A stretch of 64,000 bases of DNA, from the NCBI GenBank assembly GCA_963803805.1, contig CAWDOD010000011.1:128001-192000 (forward strand). Reading direction: 5' to 3'. The position numbers and the translations under genes were made by a program. Shown here piece after piece: positions 61,025-64,000 of this stretch. The notes beneath the pieces are model-generated. The model did no database searches, had not been told where the DNA came from, and worked only from the letters and a program-made list of their open reading frames with translations. Positions within the stretch are counted from its first letter, which is position 1, and every line of letters begins with the position of its first letter. This DNA comes from an uncultured cyanobacterium (GTDB lineage Bacteria > Cyanobacteriota > Cyanobacteriia > Cyanobacteriales > CAWCAG01).

Positions 61025-61117
61025 ACTTCTACCAATAAGCGACAAAATACTTTTGAGATTATCTTGCTTTGATAAGGTGAATAGTGATTTTTACTACAAC
61101 TAGCACCTAGACAAACA

Positions 61118-61600
61118 TCAAATAATCCACTTAGGAGGGGTGAGTAGAAACAACTCACTATTGCCTACAGCAGGAGCAAGAGCAGGAAGTTTTAAACCAA
61201 TGACACCAGCTTTCTTGACAATTAGTTTTTCGGAATACTCACCCCAAACTAAAATCTCTGCCCAGTTACCTAAGTTAGGTTGATGACCTACCAAAGCAAG
61301 ATAGTTAACTTTATTATTATCATGCCAGGTAAGCCAATCTTGAATATTTCCCTCTGGTGCTAGGGGCGGAAATACTTCTGTCTTTGAGCTTAAACCCTCT
61401 TTTTGTAAGATTTTTGCTGTTTGCTTGGCCCTAATCAGAGGGCTGGTTAAAATTAAATCAAACTTTAGACCTTTTGCCAAAAGGTGTTGAGCCACTTGAC
61501 AAGTTTTTTTTTCTCCTTTCTTAACTAAGGGCCTCTCCTCATCATGAAGATAAGTCCCCCGTTCAGCAGCAATACCATGACGAATCAAGTACAATTCCAT
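61118..61600 (-). CDS. sixA: Phosphohistidine phosphatase SixA
   Basis: LYLIRHG, DEERPL, TSPLIRAKQTA and LVGHQP motifs. Confidence 0.93.
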   Translation of the reverse strand: MELYLIRHGIAAERGTYLHDEERPLVKKGEKKTCQVAQHLLAKGLKFDLILTSPLIRAKQTAKILQKEGLSSKTEVFPPLAPEGNIQDWLTWHDNNKVNYLALVGHQPNLGNWAEILVWGEYSEKLIVKKAGVIGLKLPALAPAVGNSELFLLTPPKWII

Positions 61601-61666
61601 TTATTCAATGATGCCTAACGGCAACGGCAAGCCGAACAATGATCAGTTATCAGTTATCAGTTATCA

Positions 61667-62431
61667 ATGACACATACTATTGCTAGTTTTTATTATTTTA
61701 AAGAACTTTCTAACTGTGAGGAAATACGCTTAGACTTAGAATCTTTGTGCGCTCAACAAAACCTAAAAGGAACTATTATTCTTGCTTCTGAAGGAATCAA
61801 TGGCACTATGGCAGGTAATCGAGAAGAAATTGATACTTTACTAAGCTATTTGCACCAGGAATCTTATTTTCCCAACTTAGAAGTTAAAGAATCTTTCGCA
61901 GAAAAAAATCCTTTCCAACGGCTAAAAGTCAAGGTGAAAAAAGAAATCGTTACTTTTGGGGATTTAGTGAGCGATCGCACTATTAAAAGAGGAATTCCTG
62001 TTCAACCTCAAGAGTGGAACCAATTAATCAGTGATCCTGAAGTAACATTAATTGATACCCGCAATGACTATGAAGTTAGTATTGGCACTTTTCAAGGGGC
62101 AAAAGATCCTCAACTCAAATCATTTCAGGAATTTCCCCATTATGTCCAAGAAAAACTCCATCCCCAGAAGCAAAAGAAAATTGCTATGTTCTGTACTGGA
62201 GGGATACGGTGTGAAAAAGCTAGTGCTTATTTATTAGAGCAAGGTTTTGAAGAAGTTTACCAACTTCAAGGTGGTATTCTCAAGTACATCGAACAAGTCT
62301 CTCCCCAAGAAAGTAAGTGGCAAGGGGAATGTTTTGTGTTTGACGAGCGCGTCAGCCTAGACGAAAATTTACAACCAGGCACTTATAAACTTTGTCCAGA
62401 AACTGGTGAGCCGGTTTTGGGTAATAGCTAA
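61667..62431 (+). CDS. trhO: Rhodanese-domain tRNA hydroxylase-like protein (UPF0176)
   Basis: EGINGT, IDTRNDYE..IGTF, MFCTGGIRCEKAS, GGILKY and WQGECFVFDER motifs. Confidence 0.85.
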   Translation: MTHTIASFYYFKELSNCEEIRLDLESLCAQQNLKGTIILASEGINGTMAGNREEIDTLLSYLHQESYFPNLEVKESFAEKNPFQRLKVKVKKEIVTFGDLVSDRTIKRGIPVQPQEWNQLISDPEVTLIDTRNDYEVSIGTFQGAKDPQLKSFQEFPHYVQEKLHPQKQKKIAMFCTGGIRCEKASAYLLEQGFEEVYQLQGGILKYIEQVSPQESKWQGECFVFDERVSLDENLQPGTYKLCPETGEPVLGNS

Positions 62432-62564
62432 TAGTTAATGGCTAGTGACTAATAGCAATGATTACTGCTGCCTACTCCCTGTTTAACTGATGCCCAACAG
62501 CAACGACAAGCCGTACATTGATAACCGATAACCGATAACCGATCATTGATCATTGATAACTGAA

Positions 62565-64000
62565 ATGTCCAACCCTGACAATAATACTAATAGATTCAAC
62601 CAACTACAGCCATTGGATCGAGTAGCTTTGGGTACTATTTTCGTCATTTTAGTACTAATTAGTATTTTACTTCTGGTTGGCGATCGCACTTCTGTTCAAG
62701 TCGAAGATTTTAGCTGGCAAGATAAGCAAGTAGGAGTTGGGGATCGCTCTTTTTCCTTGACTTTTAACCACCCGGTGAAACCCGAAAGTGTCAAAGGAAA
62801 GGATTTGTCTATCAAACCTGATTTGGCAGGAAAAATTAGTTGGGTGGGTAGGCGAATGTTTTACACCCTCACCGAGATTCCTAGCTATGAAACTAAATAT
62901 ACTGTTGCTTTGCAAGATACTCAGGAGGGTTGGCAACCTTTTAAAAGTGACTTTACAACCCGCGATCGCTATTTAGCTTATATAGGAGTTAAAGGGGAAG
63001 AAAAAGGGCGATTAATTCTTTATAATTTAACAGCCAAAAGTAAAGTTTTACTTACACCTCCAACCTTAGTAGTGACTGACTTTGTACCTTATCAAGAAGG
63101 GGACATAATACTATTTTCTGCTTGGAGGCTTGGTAGTAAAACCCAAACATTTTCTCAACAAAAACTTTATACAGTTACCACCGGGTTGAATTTTGCTTCT
63201 GCTGCCCAATCCAAACCTTCAGGGCAACTGAAACTAATTTTAGATGCTCAAGACTATCAAAATCTGCAATTTTCCTTCTCCCCAGCAACTCAAAAAGTTA
63301 TTGTCCAGAGAGTTAGTCGCACCAAACCAGAGGAATTTGGTTTGTGGTCAATATCCGGAAAAGCAGTAAAATCTTTAGGAATCAAAGGAGGCGAATTTCA
63401 GATTGCTCCCCAAGGAGACACTTTAGCTATTGCCCAAACTAAAGGTATCAAAACGATCCCCCTTACTCAGGAAGCCCCTTCAGAAAAGATTTTTGCTGAT
63501 TATGGGCGCATACTTGACTTTTCTCGTCAGGGTAGCAAGGTGATGATAAAATTCAATTCTGATGCTACTGAGTCCTTATTTTTAGTTAATCAAACAGGGC
63601 AAGAAAAAGAACTACTCAAAACTCAAGCCGCCATTTTCAACTGTCAGTTTGAACCACATCAAGAAGAAGCCCTTTATTGTTTAATTACTCAAACTACAGA
63701 AGAAACGGCTTTAGAAAAACCTATTTTGACACTTATTGATTCTCAAAACCCTCAAAGCAACTCCTCTAATTGCTTTACCCAATCAACAAGCAGTTCAAAT
63801 GAGTATAGCTCCTGATGGTAGTAATTTAGTTTTTGAGCAATTATTAGCTCCTATTCCTGGCTCTTCTTCTCAATTGCAAGGAAATGATGGACAGCAAATC
63901 TCATCAGGAAATATTTGGTTACTAAATCTACCAAATATTCCTTCTACAGATAATTTAACCGAAGCAAGACCTCAACAATTAGTACCTGGTTTTAAACCAA
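62565..64000 (+). CDS. Membrane-anchored Ig-like/TolB-like beta-propeller protein; frameshifted at about 63741, runs off the window end
   Basis: TM, FSWQ, LTFNHP, GKISW.GRRM.YT and GRLILYN segments. Removing one T in gattctc gives LKTLKATPLIALPNQQAVQMSIAPDGSNLVFEQ...PGFKP, open to the window end. Confidence 0.72.

Noticed and set aside
529-62976. Numerous 60-140 aa ORFs overlapping larger genes
   Set aside because: They are antisense or alternate-frame overlaps of well-supported CDSs and carry no motifs.

Overview
AT-rich cyanobacterial chromosomal segment, with many HIP1 GCGATCGC octamers, heptamer intergenic repeats and cyanobacteria-type genes (ftn2, DUF1815, hpsU-like). About 0-14 kb is a co-oriented accessory locus: FAAL (partial), acyl-CoA dehydrogenase, ACP, MBOAT, DltD/SGNH-like protein, NdbB-like flavoprotein, HTTM/DCC protein, second MBOAT, SGNH-like protein, GT2-GtrA and a frameshifted SGNH-like gene. 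It looks like a Dlt/Alg-type trans-membrane acylation system fed by a dedicated fatty-acyl-ACP module. The rest is mostly housekeeping and signalling: tandem REC-GGEEF cyclases, queF, CDF, ArsB, a very large CheA/PilL-type kinase, era, uvrC, tkt-fabF-acpP, pdhA, ftn2, cobU, rnz, SpoIID, gltA, sixA. At 59.2-59.4 kb there is an orphan, 5'-truncated FGE/CLec C-terminus with the codon signature of a DGR variable region, followed by hairpins. Five 1-2 nt frameshifts (about 13306, 28314, 57966, 59230, 63741) suggest assembly indel errors or recent pseudogenisation. No rRNA, intact tRNA, CRISPR array or transposase was seen. All calls come from motif recognition by eye; no database searches were run.
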